A stretch of 62,987 bases of DNA, the filler included, from Lenisia limosa (taxonomy: Eukaryota; Protista; Breviatea): assembly GCA_001655205.1 (NCBI GenBank). It is 9 parts of 9 records of this genome, joined end to end, with 100 filler letters (N's around TTAATTAATTAA, not from the genome) between each part and the next. Parts side by side here need not be neighbours in the genome. Positions count along the whole stretch, not along the records: positions 1 to 9,263 come from LPNZ01005409.1; positions 9,364 to 26,951 come from LPNZ01011522.1; 7 more parts are not named here. One strand, 5' to 3'. Below the pieces are notes generated by a model that worked only from the letters and a program-made list of their open reading frames with translations, was not told the origin of the DNA and made no database searches. Numbering within the stretch: the stretch's first letter is position 1; each line of letters opens with the position of its first letter. Made by a program: the position numbers and the translations under genes. Of this stretch, positions 1 through 10,749 are shown in pieces.

Positions 1-138
1 AGTCTGTCTGTGTGTGTGTGGGGTAGTGTTTGCCTCATATACAATGTAGTACAAGACGAAACTAGATTCTGGGATAGTACAAGACGAAAAAAAGTTATCA
101 AACCCATGTGTCATTATTTTCATTTTTACTCCCCCCAG

Positions 139-2210
139 GCTACTTTTTTAACGCCTTACAGGTACGTTTGGGTGATCGAGCGGTGGTGGGACTCTTCAAA
201 GGCTGGCTCGGGCTTGTTTTTGTTTTTGTTTTTGTGTTTTTGTCATTTGGCTTTTGTCTAGTTTGAGCGTTGGTTCGTGTTTGTTCTTGATTGTTTTTTG
301 TTCTTTGTTTGTTTGGAGTTTCAGATTATTCGGTTCGTGATTAGTACCTTTACGCCAATATTCNNNNNNNNNNGCTACAGCGAGAGTTTGACTCGGAGCA
401 CGATAGGGAGAGAGAAGAGTTGCGCGAAAGGACGCAACAGCGCCAACGTTTGCGCGAGGACCGACGGGAGGCGAGCCAACAGATCTTGAGGTGAGTGACC
501 TGGCCCGTGGCTTACTTGATGAATAGTAGCATTATACATACATATCATATGTTTTGTTTCATGCCCTCCCCCCCTCTCAGGACGCTATTCAGTTTTTCCG
601 GCCGACCATCCTACAGTAGTGCGCCGCCGGACACTGAACATCTGAGTCGAGGCCGGGAAATACGGCTTTTTGAGTAGGAAACTCCCTGGCTTTCCTTTTA
701 TAATGGGATATAATAACGAATACCTATGTATATTTGTATATTATATCTTTCTAGCTATATTCACGTTGCTGTTGTTTTGAGCGACTTTGACTTTGCAGCG
801 AAGACGAAGGACATGAGGAGGACCTTGATCATGACGAAGAATATGATGAAGATAACCACTCGTAGGGATGAGGGATGAAGATAGCCCTTTGCATTTCAGA
901 GGTTTATGAGTTTTTGCAGCCCCATGTTTGAAATATCATTTCTTCAGGCATATCGGTTATGACCCACTAGCACGACTCATGGCCCAAATTCTCGGAGCTG
1001 GGGTGGTGGGCGGGTTGTCGTTTTTGAGAACCAAGATTCAAAAAATCTAAGGATACAAAACAATAATACGTATCACATGTAGGGATACGACTTCCCCGTG
1101 GTATTGTCTGATCTTTGTGATGTCATATTCATACCTTCTGGGTATAATTCATACAGTATAATATATCTTTTTATATCATGATGAGCAGGATGAGTTTTCA
1201 TAGTCTTTGATGATATGATAGTGTTTTGCCTATAGGCTGCAAAGGGAATTATTAGATTTGTTCTCAGCTATGAAATTGCTGGTTGATTTTTCAGGAGGAA
1301 GAGAATCTTGAAGAGATTGTTGAAGGGGTATGCGGGCCTGGGTTTTTTTATGCTTATGTTTCACTTAATTGGGTCACGTGTGCAGTTGAAAGAGTTTGAC
1401 TTTGGGATGATGGTGTTGACTGCCTCATCAGGATGTATAAATGGGAAACTCTCATGTTAATTCCAGCTTTCTAATTTCATCTTTTCAGTTGGAAGACGTT
1501 CCTAACCCGCTTCCACAACATATACTCAATCAGCTCCCCACAAGAACAATTAGTGAAGTGGAATTGTAGGCATCTGTGATTACTGCCCATTAAAGATGCC
1601 AGTATTATTATCGTCATTGGCAGTCTTTTCTTCGTAATGGCTCTGATTGTTGAGTTTTTAGTTGTCTTCGTGATGGCTCTGATTGTTGAGGTTTTGAGGA
1701 TATTATTTATGGAATTCTCTTCATTATTTTATGGATACTAGCACCAACACCCTTCCCCAGGCCGGCACTTCAGCAGTCAGAGAACAAGAGTTGCCCGATA
1801 TGCTTGACTGATTATGATGCTAATGACTCTGTTCGAACGATAACCTGCCTCCATATGTTCCATAAATCGTGGGGACTTAGGGGACGGATAGTGTTGTGAA
1901 GCAGCAATGTGAGGATAGAGACTGTGATTTTGTCACTTCTCTACCCCAATTAATTGATTATTTGATAGAGTATATTATATCATATATATAGCATTGAGAA
2001 ATAAAAATAAGGTTGTATCTGGTCGAAGCCGTCCACAACATCACTCTTATAAGAGATATTGGATTATAGTATAATATTAATTCACCCAATCATTTGCCTT
2101 ACAAATCTGGTTATTTGATACCCAAAACATTTCAGACCTCACAACCTAGATGTATTGACCAGTGGTTCAAACAGAAACGAACCTGTCCCATCTGTAAGCA
2201 CCAAGTCTAG
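139..2210 (+). CDS. RING-H2 E3 ubiquitin ligase, multi-exon, 5' end outside window
   Basis: Spliced exons 1761-1868 and 2150-2210 give ENKSCPICLTDYDANDSVRTITCLHMFHKS|CIDQWFKQKRTCPICKHQV-stop, a canonical C3H2C3 RING-H2. Upstream exons read LQREFDSEHDRE, DPLARLMAQILG and DVPNPLPQHILNQLPTRT, with GT-AG boundaries. Confidence 0.9.
1975..2105. repeat. Dispersed intronic repeat family B (~170 bp)
   Basis: Core GTATCTGGCCGAAGCCGTCCACACCATCACGCTTATAAGAGATATTGGATTATAGTATAATATTAATTCACCCAATCATTTGCCTTACAACTCTGTGCACACAG. Other copies near 3460, 4003, 6355, 6970, 8640, 33360, 39060, 43965, 45397, 46750, 50125, 53825, 57676 and 61414, in both orientations. Confidence 0.9.
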
Positions 2211-2548
2211 CTACTCCGGCAGGGTGTTGATGTCGTGAATGATGCAAGGAACCTTCGGTACTAATTCGTGTCGTTTTAAATAGAGTTCTCTATATGACGT
2301 ACGTAGAGTACCTTCCGTCACCCCCGCCACCGCAGCGATTTCTGCATGTGGATCAACAGATCATATCTATTCAACATGTAATATATGTAGGTATCAGTCA
2401 TCAAAAAACCATAATCAAGAGATGTTCTCCCTTGAATATCCAGAGGGTGTTACAATCAATATCTTACGGATAAAACCCAAGCCAAGCCACACAAGCAAAA
2501 GCCAAGCCCACATAACACATAAGAAAAAGCCAAGCCCTCACAAAAGAT

Positions 2549-4998
2549 TCACTTGGATAATTTCTCAAAAGCCTCAATAAAAATACCAGTTTTCAAGCAA
2601 CCCCCCACCTCTCGCGCTTCGCCTTGATCGAGACAGTGACGAAACCAAAAAGATGCAAGCTCCTGCGACACTGGTGGGGTTCTTGCTGCGGGGGGGGGAG
2701 TAAAACGAAGGAAATTTCGATGAAGAATATTGGCGTAAAGGTACAAATCACGAACCGAATAATCCGAAACTCCAAACAGATAGAAAAACAAGCAATAACA
2801 AACACGAGTAACCAACGCTAAAACTAGACAAAAAAAACCAGATGACAAAAACAAGGGGGAGAGGGGGAGTAAAACGATATTGATGAAATAAAACCCCAAC
2901 CTCGAGATTTCTTCGTCCAAATGGGCAAGGGCATTATCCGAGGTTCTGAACTGAGATATGAGGTCCTGTCGAGCTCGTTTGGCGATACCTGGGCTGTTAG
3001 TGCTGAAGAGAAAAAAAGAAAAAAGGGTTATATCTACTATAGATAATAAAACCTCGATACAGATAGGGATTAGTTTTTTGGCCCCTGTTAAGCTTAATTG
3101 ATTTTGATAGTATTTATTTACAGTTCGCACGGATACTGAAAAATTGGTAAAGACTAGCGCTTCCGAAGGTCCCAGAAAAGACAAACATATATCTCAATAG
3201 TTTAACCAAAAAACAACAACATACAAAAAAACAACATGCTGATGCAATTTTTCGATAAATCATCCATATATATTGTATTTCGACAGTTTAGCGATCTTTT
3301 TAGTACTGCAAACAAATCTGGATATATATTCAAAAACTGTGGTGGTTACCGAGGATCAAATTGCGCTTTGAATTACCACCATTATCAAAAGGTGTCATAT
3401 CCAAAAAAAGGGGGTTGGGGATATACTCTAATAATTGTATGTCATATTCATATGTATGCCGCTACCTATAATATTAATTCACCAAATCATTTGCTCTGTG
3501 CACACAGCTTTCTGCGTACCTTGCATATGTACATTAACTCAAATTTCAAAAAGAAGAACTTTATTACAGAAGGGCTGAACAACACTCATCACCAACCAGA
3601 TAAATTGACACGGTTCTGTGCTGTCAGAAGCATGCGTTGGGGAGTAGACGGCGGGAATACAGAGAGGAAGCTTGAGAGGGCTCCCCATGTTTCCTAATGA
3701 TGTGATTATCGTGGGGAGTAAATCACGATATGAAGCAAAGAAAACCAATATCTCCTCGATTCTAAACGGGTGACAAAAAGCCCTCCTAAACAGATCTGCA
3801 ATTCTATTTACCAAAGGAAAATAGGTCAATAATTATCCCGTGTAGACACTGACCGCGATAAGTCCTGACGCGATATGACGCTCAACATCATCGCGGCTAC
3901 ATATACAGATATCTGCATGAGCCAACGCCTCCCCCCCNNNNNNNNNNNNNNNNNNNNNNNNNNNNNNNNNNNNNNNNNNNNNNNNNNNNNNNNNNNNNNN
4001 NNAAGTCACACCATTACGCTTATAAGAGATTATAATAGTAATTCACCCAAACATTCGCCTTACAACTTTGTGCACACCCAATAGACAACTTTTCTTCTCC
4101 TCCACACACACATATATATTATACATTAATTTACTATACACACACCCACACCCACATTAGGCAATTCTGGTAACTCGCTGGCATCTTGTTTAAACGGCGG
4201 ACGGGACAGCGCTGGTACAATGTCAAAGAGCGCAACGAAAAAAGGGGCCACACGGGCCCTGTTAGCTGCGGATGGTGTCATTAGAGCAAGAGCGTTAAAG
4301 ACAGCTTCGAGAACCGCCGCGTTGCCACCAGCGTTGCGGAGAGCAAGAAGAAGGGCCTCGTCTATGAAGCGACGGAAGGGGCTGAGCAGAACAGCATCGG
4401 TCTCTAAATAAGGCCCAATTGCTGCAATAGCATCGGCTTGACGCTGGAGTGCTGCTGCCATGCCTTCTGCTTCGGCATCCTCATAAGTACTCGCGAGATA
4501 AGCTGTTAGGTCGTGAGGGAAACAAGAAGCGAAGAAGTTCCAGACTGCGGGGAAGGTCCGTGTAAGGGCGTCTGGACAATGTTCGCGGACGTTTCGAGCA
4601 GCATGGCCGAGAACAACAGAGGCGTACGTCTGGGCTGGGCAGAAGGTGTCGACAAGAGCAAGCCCAAGGAGATTGTCAATTAGGAGGCTTGCGGTCTTAG
4701 GGGAATGGATAGTCTGCTCCATTCCAGGAAGGGCATTTTCAACGATCTTGACGGAATAAAATCGGAACAATGGCTCATCTTCGAGAAGGCCATCGATAAC
4801 ATCGAGCCACGGCTTGTCGAAGACGCTTAGATTCGAGTAGTCAAGGTGGTGCATGAGAACATTGTCAGCGTCCTGTAGGCGTGTCGTGATCTTGCGTTGC
4901 TCCTCTAGCGTGTACCGCTTTGTTTCTGGCTCGCTTAGGATTGCAGATAGGCGGAAACGGCTCGAGAAGGGGTGATCGGGGGCTCCTTTCGCCATCAC
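2549..4998 (-). CDS. Hypothetical alpha-helical (ARM/HEAT-like) protein, multi-exon
   Basis: The 290-aa first exon ORF (4126-4998) is Leu/Ala-rich and looks helical. Further GT-AG-bounded exons include EALAHADICICSRDDVERHIASGLIA, RIADLFRRAFCHPFRIEEIL and IAKRARQDLISQFRTSDNALAHLDEEISR. No family recognised. Confidence 0.65.
2686..2900 (-). repeat. Intron repeat family A (introner-like), whole intron
   Basis: The entire GT..AG intron is homologous to 162-363 (+), 18349-18492 (-) and 39641-39706 (-), and ends TTTCCTTCGTTTTACTCCCCCCCCCGCAG. Confidence 0.85.
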
Positions 4999-5129
4999 GC
5001 CGCTTTTGGTTGGCTGAAACTAGGTTTGACCCTTCATTTTATTTGTATTACATTATTGTACTACTAGCGTATTAGTAGTGACTAAAATGCAACAATAATT
5101 CTTGCAAAAATTTCTTTAAATAATAAAAA

Positions 5130-6350
5130 TGGTGGGTATGAAAGCGGATAGTTGCCATTTTGCTTGTGATGTTGCTTTTGTGCATATGGTGGCGGTGTAT
5201 TTATCTTGGCATTTGCTTGGCATTCGTGCATTTATTGATTTGTTGTTTTGTTGTTGCTAGTGTCCAAAAAACACGAACTTGGAATCTTGGAATATTTGGT
5301 ATCAATATTACAGTAAACTCCCCCAATCGGTCGTTTATTATGAGTGGAAAGGTCAGTCCATTTCTTGTAACTATAAATGTTTCTTGAAATACTAACACTA
5401 ATCTTGTAACAAAACATTTTTTTAAAGATTGAGAGTTGCAAATCTGTGGATTAATACAAGGCCAAATGAACATTAGTGTACAATTTGCATTATATTACAT
5501 AAGAGCAACTCCTCTTCTTTGATACATTTACGAACAACAGGGTTTTCACTTCATGCGTAACCTGAAAACAGTAAGATTGAATAACTTGAAGGGGCTTCTG
5601 CTCTATAAATCTTTCATTTTGGACAAAGGTTTCTTCCACCTTTTGTTTTATTTTTCTTATTTCTTCACTTCAAGTTCTAAAGCATGTTAGATAATCCTCG
5701 GTAGCTACATGTATATTATATTAGGACTCGGTACATTTTTGAAGAAACTAATTGATACAATTGGAAATTATAGTGTATGGAAAGAGGTTCACGTTACAAT
5801 ATGTCCGACTTTCTCAAATAATTGCAGGGGGTCATAAAAAAAATATCCCTATCAATATACCCGCACAAACCAAGGTGCCCCTTTTGGGCAATAGTGAAAC
5901 CTTTTTGTTGGGACTCAAAATCTAAAATGTGACATTCAGAAATGTCCCAAATGTTGACCCATATTTCCACTAGTTAATAGGGCCTCACTTCGGTTGGAAA
6001 AAAACCCCCGCTAAAATATCGATAGTTTTCGAGGACTTATCGAAAAAATCAGTCTTTTTTCGAACCGAAGTGAAGCCCTACTAGTGATATGCAACTATGA
6101 CCGACTTTCGAGTCGAAATGATAAACAAAGAGAGTATGTGGTTCAAGCCGAGTGTATCAAAGCATCATTGAGAGGTGTCGTTGGGTGGATATGAGATACC
6201 TTATCGCTGCGTGGAATGAACAAGTAAAAATAATCCAAGAATTGATTTGAAATTACTTCTCAATTTCACTTTGAAGAGTATCTACGTAGTATATCATATA
6301 GTAGCTATAATGAAGATTTGGGAAGCATCCCACAATCTTGTTTTATAGAA
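5130..6350 (+). CDS. Hypothetical multi-exon protein with hydrophobic N-terminus
   Basis: Short GT-AG-bounded exons: KTRTWNLGIFGINITVNSPNRSFIMSGK, VRLNNLKGLLLYKSFILDK, GLGTFLKKLIDTIGNYSVWKE, CNYDRLSSRNDKQREYVVQAECIKASLR. Boundaries approximate. Confidence 0.45.
5978..6080. mobile_element. hAT-type MITE copy
   Basis: Same TIRs; TSD ctagttaa/ctagtgat (6/8). Confidence 0.88.
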
Positions 6351-6439
6351 ATGTTGTATTATCGAAGCCGTCCACATCATGATTAAATATGCTCGGTGGC
6401 TTCACTCTAATCTCATCGATATATTTCTATAGTATAGCG

Positions 6440-9240
6440 ATTGTTTCCTGCTGAAGAGATGCCCTAAGGTTCAGCGATAAAAATAACACATACTACCTCA
6501 AATTTTCAGCGAAAAAAGGAAATATTCCAAGGAGTCCCATTAACTCACTTTAATTTGACTTTTACGGGACAATCCATATCATCTCCTTTCCTTTTAAGGG
6601 AATTTTGTGGAGTCCAAGGGGCTTGTGATGCTAAAAAGTGAGAAATCTAAGTTTGCTATGTTATTTCACAAATGAACAGTGGTGATATATTATTGACTAG
6701 GCTTTGTAATAACATTCACGCTTGAACACCTCAATATCCGTGTCAGGACTTATCGAGGTCACTTTATTTAGAAAACTCTGAACAGAGATGACTAAGTCAA
6801 AAACACCTGCATACGTGGGTCAACATTAGCAATAAAATGCTGGGGTATCACGGTCTGCAGCCACGCTATTGCAGACGAAAGATGGCTGGAAACATCCAAA
6901 GCTTTGAGATGCCTGAGGTGTGACTATGTTGCTTTGAGAATACGGCCCAATGGTACAAAAAAAAAAAGTTGTATCTGGCCGAAGCCGCCCACACCATCAC
7001 GCTTATAAGAAATATTGGATTATAGTAAAATAATAATTCACCCAATCATTTGCCTTTTAACTCTGTGCACAGCTCTCTAAATTCACCCAATCATTTAATC
7101 ATTTGCCTTACTACTACTTTGCTCGCTAAATAGTCTTTGGTCTTCACTTAGTTACTCCAAAGGTCGGTAAACTATCGAAATGCATCGATCAGAAATACAG
7201 TCATTTCCTGGACCGCCGCCAGAATCGTAGTTTTATCTCAGAATCTGTACCATTTTGTATAAACCCTCATCCCACCCCACTATGCTGTGGTTAAAATTAC
7301 GATTATGTTGGCTNNNNNNNNNNNNNNNNNNNNNNNNNNNNNNNNNNNNNNNNNNNNNNNNNNNNNNNNNNNNNNNNNNNNNNNNNNNNNNNNNNNNNNN
7401 NNNNNNNNNNNNAAAGCCCGTAAAATATCGATAATTTTCGAAGGTTTATCGAGAAATTCAGTCTTTTTTCAAACCGAAGTAAAGCCACACCTCCACTCCC
7501 CTTGTTTTGTTTTTTGTTTGGTTCGTTAATACCCTAACGCCAATATTCTCTTCGTTTTACTCCCCCCCCTCCTCCTCCCACAATGCCTGCATTTTCCTGA
7601 CCATCGAGCCTGGAAGCTGTTTTCTAAGCTTCAATATTTCCTCCAGTGCAAATTCAGTTCTGTTCATGGCCATCCGAGTTTCAGCCAGGGTGTGCTGCCT
7701 GGAGGAATAAAATATCACAANNNNNNNNNNNNNNNNNNNNNNNNNNNNNNNNNNNNNNNNNNNNNNNNNNNNNNNNNNNNNNNNNNNNNNNNNNNNNNNN
7801 NNNNNNNNNNNNNNNNNNNNNNNNNNNNNNNNNNNNNACACTGATAACTTTACTACGTACATCATATGATATACTATGGAGAGGGAGAGGCACAGAGCCT
7901 TACTGTTCAAACATAGGGATTCACTTCGGTTCGAAAAAAGACGGCATTTCTCGATAAATCCTCGAAAACTGTCTGTATTTTGACGGTCTTTTTCGAACCG
8001 AAGTGAAACCCTACCTGATCGCCGACCAACATTTCGGACATTCTGAGTGTGAGAATCCCGTATGCCTCTCCAAGCGACTCCATTTCGGAATCTAAATCCA
8101 TCAGAAAGAAAACTAGCAATAACCATTTGTTTAGGTCCCTTCGATCTACAAAAAGACTGAATTCTTCAGATAAAATGCGATAAATATCGATATTTTTTGG
8201 TCTTTTTCGGGGAATGTGAATTGAAGATGTTCATTTAAACTGTGTGTTGACAGGTCTATTACTAGGGCTTCACTTCGGTTCAAAAAAAGACTGAATTTTT
8301 CGATATATCTTCGAAAACTATCGATATATACCGGGTTTTTTTTTGAACCGAAGTGAAGCCCTATCTATTACAGACAAAAAACATGAAAATTGCCAACAAA
8401 CCAATAGTTTCGGAGAGTATGTCGGGTATCGCCATGCTCGACACACGATAAAGAAGCTAAAAAGTCAATATAAAATGAGAAACAAAGGGGGCTGTATCAT
8501 GATGGCATTTACAACTGCATCCGTTTTGCGGATAACGAAGCAAAAGTTTGTCTCATACTAGTAGAGGGATGAGAGATAAAAACTGGATCTATTGCGAGCA
8601 TAATATAAATTACCCCAATCATTAGCTTTCTACTGATTGTATCATATAATATATAGCAATGAGAAATATAAAAAGGTTGTCGCCAAATCCACACCATCAC
8701 GTTTAAGAGATGTTGAAGATATAAAATATGAATTTACCCTATCATTTGCCTTACAACTCTGTGCACACAGCTCATATCATAGCACGAAAATGTTTTTCAT
8801 CGTGATATCAAAAGCCTCTCTCCCTCCAACCGAAAGCCTCTCATTCACAATCAGCATTTTGGCGTGAAGAGCGTCAAGAAGATGGCCGTCCCACGCCGCC
8901 GCCACAAATGGCGCTATTGGGTAAACATTGAACAGTATTGGGGAGGGGGTAGTAAAAAAAATTGGAGGTGATGAAATACGAAAGTCTAGTAGGGCTTCAC
9001 TTCGGTTCGAAAAAAGATTCAGTCTCGATAAATCCTCCAAAACTATCGATATTTTACCGGTGTTTTTCGAGCCGAAGTGAAACCCTAAATATAAGGGTGG
9101 GCTGAATCTCAAATGTAATACAAGGAGGGTCAAATGACTATGTAATAATATGTATCATATAATCACAAGTACCTGCATGATCGACAGTGGTGGCAAGTTG
9201 GGCTAGCTCCTCGGGATCTACGGACAGAACTGCCTCCCAC
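6440..9240 (-). CDS. Hypothetical helical protein, multi-exon, 5' truncated by contig end
   Basis: Phase-compatible exons: WEAVLSVDPEELAQLATTVDHA|APFVAAAWDGHLLDALHAKMLIVNERLSVGGREAFDITMKNIF|YETNFCFVIRK, LLYRVSSMAIPDILSETIGLL, DSEMESLGEAYGILTLRMSEMLVGDQ, TLAETRMAMNRTEFALEEILKLRKQL, SHLRHLKALDVSSHLSSAIAWLQTVIPQHF. Confidence 0.7.
7914..8013. mobile_element. hAT-type MITE copy abutting a splice donor
   Basis: Same TIRs; no recognisable TSD. Confidence 0.88.
8263..8363. mobile_element. hAT-type MITE (TIR TAGGGCTTCACTTCGGTTC), best-preserved copy
   Basis: ~25-bp TIRs and a perfect 8-bp TSD TCTATTAC at 8255-8262 and 8364-8371. Confidence 0.93.
8990..9087. mobile_element. hAT-type MITE copy
   Basis: Same TIRs; degenerate TSD. 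Confidence 0.88.
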
Positions 9241-9263
9241 TGAACAGTAAACATAAGGGGGGG

Positions 9264-9363
9264 NNNNNNNNNNNNNNNNNNNNNNNNNNNNNNNNNNNNN
9301 NNNNNNNTTAATTAATTAANNNNNNNNNNNNNNNNNNNNNNNNNNNNNNNNNNNNNNNNNNNN
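9264..9363. other. Artificial 100-bp contig spacer (N44-TTAATTAATTAA-N44). Others at 26952, 38529, 40449, 43414, 45297, 46964 and 61314
   Basis: Identical geometry at eight sites; the 12-mer places stop codons in all six frames; genes are cut at these points. Confidence 0.97.
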
Positions 9364-9389
9364 TCCATTTTTACTCTCCACCCCCGAAG

Positions 9390-10310
9390 ACTACATTGCG
9401 GTGGAGGTGCTGAAGAATGCCATGAAGGCGACTGTGGAGGCTGGCCTAGCTGAAGACGCCAACGTTTCAAGCAGCCAGTTGCGTCCCATTAACGTGAGTC
9501 CAGGACTGGGGCTTCGAAGGAATCCGAAGACAGTTTAATCGCAAAAGAGTGCCGCATAACATTGTTGTGGTTTATTTCCTTAACCCCTTGCAGATTTCCA
9601 TTGGAGCCGATATGGATAACGCCACCATTCAGTTCCGCGACCGGGCAGGTGGAATCGACCCTGCCCTGCTACCAATGATCTGGGAGTATGGCATTTCATC
9701 GGTATGATTAAAACTACCTCGTGATTTCCTGAAGTGTGAGAAATTTGTTGAACAAATCTGGAGTTTTTTTTTTTTTTTTTTTTTTNNNNNNNNNNNNNNN
9801 NNNNNNNNNNNNNNNNNNNNNNNNNNNNNNNNNNNNNNNNNNNNNNNNNNNNNNNNNNNNNNNNNNNNNNNNNNNNNNNNNNNNNNNNNNNNNNNNNNNN
9901 NNNNNNNNNNNNNNNNNNNNNNNNNNNNNNNNNNNNNNNNNNATTTGGCTGGTGTGTCTTTCATCTGTCGTTGTTAACATTCTAGCTTTGCTGAGAGTAA
10001 CATTCATCCATCTATTCAGTCAAACCCCTTTCATGGTGAGTTTTTTTTTTGTTCATTGTAATTTTCCGGTCTTACTGTCGAAGGAATGGGCTTTGGACTA
10101 CCATCAGCAGCCTGTTTCGCTAAGCACTCAGGAGGTGAACTCTCATGCACCTCTCGTGAAGGCACTGGTAAGGCAATTAAATCAAACTTCTTCCCATTAT
10201 TACTCCCAATAATGGCTAGCGTATCCCATTGCTAATGGTATAGGAACGTCGGTCTTTCTGAAGCTGAGGCTGAAAGGCAACCAAAGCCCTCCACCAGAGT
10301 TTCCAATCAG
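9390..10310 (+). CDS. Mitochondrial pyruvate dehydrogenase kinase / BCKD kinase family, C-terminal HATPase domain (fragment)
   Basis: Exons give the N box YIAVEVLKNAMKATVE, the G1 box IQFRDRAGGIDP...IWEYGISS, and the G2 box GMGFGLPSAACFAKHSGGELSCTSREGT-GTSVFLKL. Confidence 0.92.
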
Positions 10311-10749
10311 GTACGTCTCCGAGGGGGGAGGGAATAGATCTACGAGTGATGATGTACCTTCAAGGGGTAAGAGGAGGATTGTAATATTTAAGTCCCTAAG
10401 AATATATGATATGATGAAATTAAATGATAAATGTGTCAGAAACATCTCTACCAAGCTACCCCCCACCCATCCTTTCTTTTAACCCTCAAGGGAGGTTCTA
10501 AAGCATTGAAGATGGTATTTCGAAGTCAATCAATTTTCGCTCAAAGAGGTCCCAGGTCTAATTCCACGAACTTTCCTTTTAATATAATACCTTGTGATTC
10601 ATTCACTTGGGAGTTGGTTTTCTGTGAATAGCATTGTTTACAGCATATGATATTATTGGAAGATATGTGAATAATAATACTCTGGTAACCCCTGATTCAA
10701 TCATCTTTTCAGCAAAATCATGGTGTATTGTCTCCACCTTGAAGAACGT

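Noticed and set aside
2700-2725. TTTCCTTCGTTTTAC in family A as a U12 branch point
   Set aside because: The associated donors are GTACGT/GTTGGG, not RTATCCTT.
8780-8930. Plus-strand HENVFHRDIKS as a protein kinase catalytic loop
   Set aside because: There is no downstream PxN/DFG, and the minus strand gives a phase-compatible exon chain; this is antisense coincidence.
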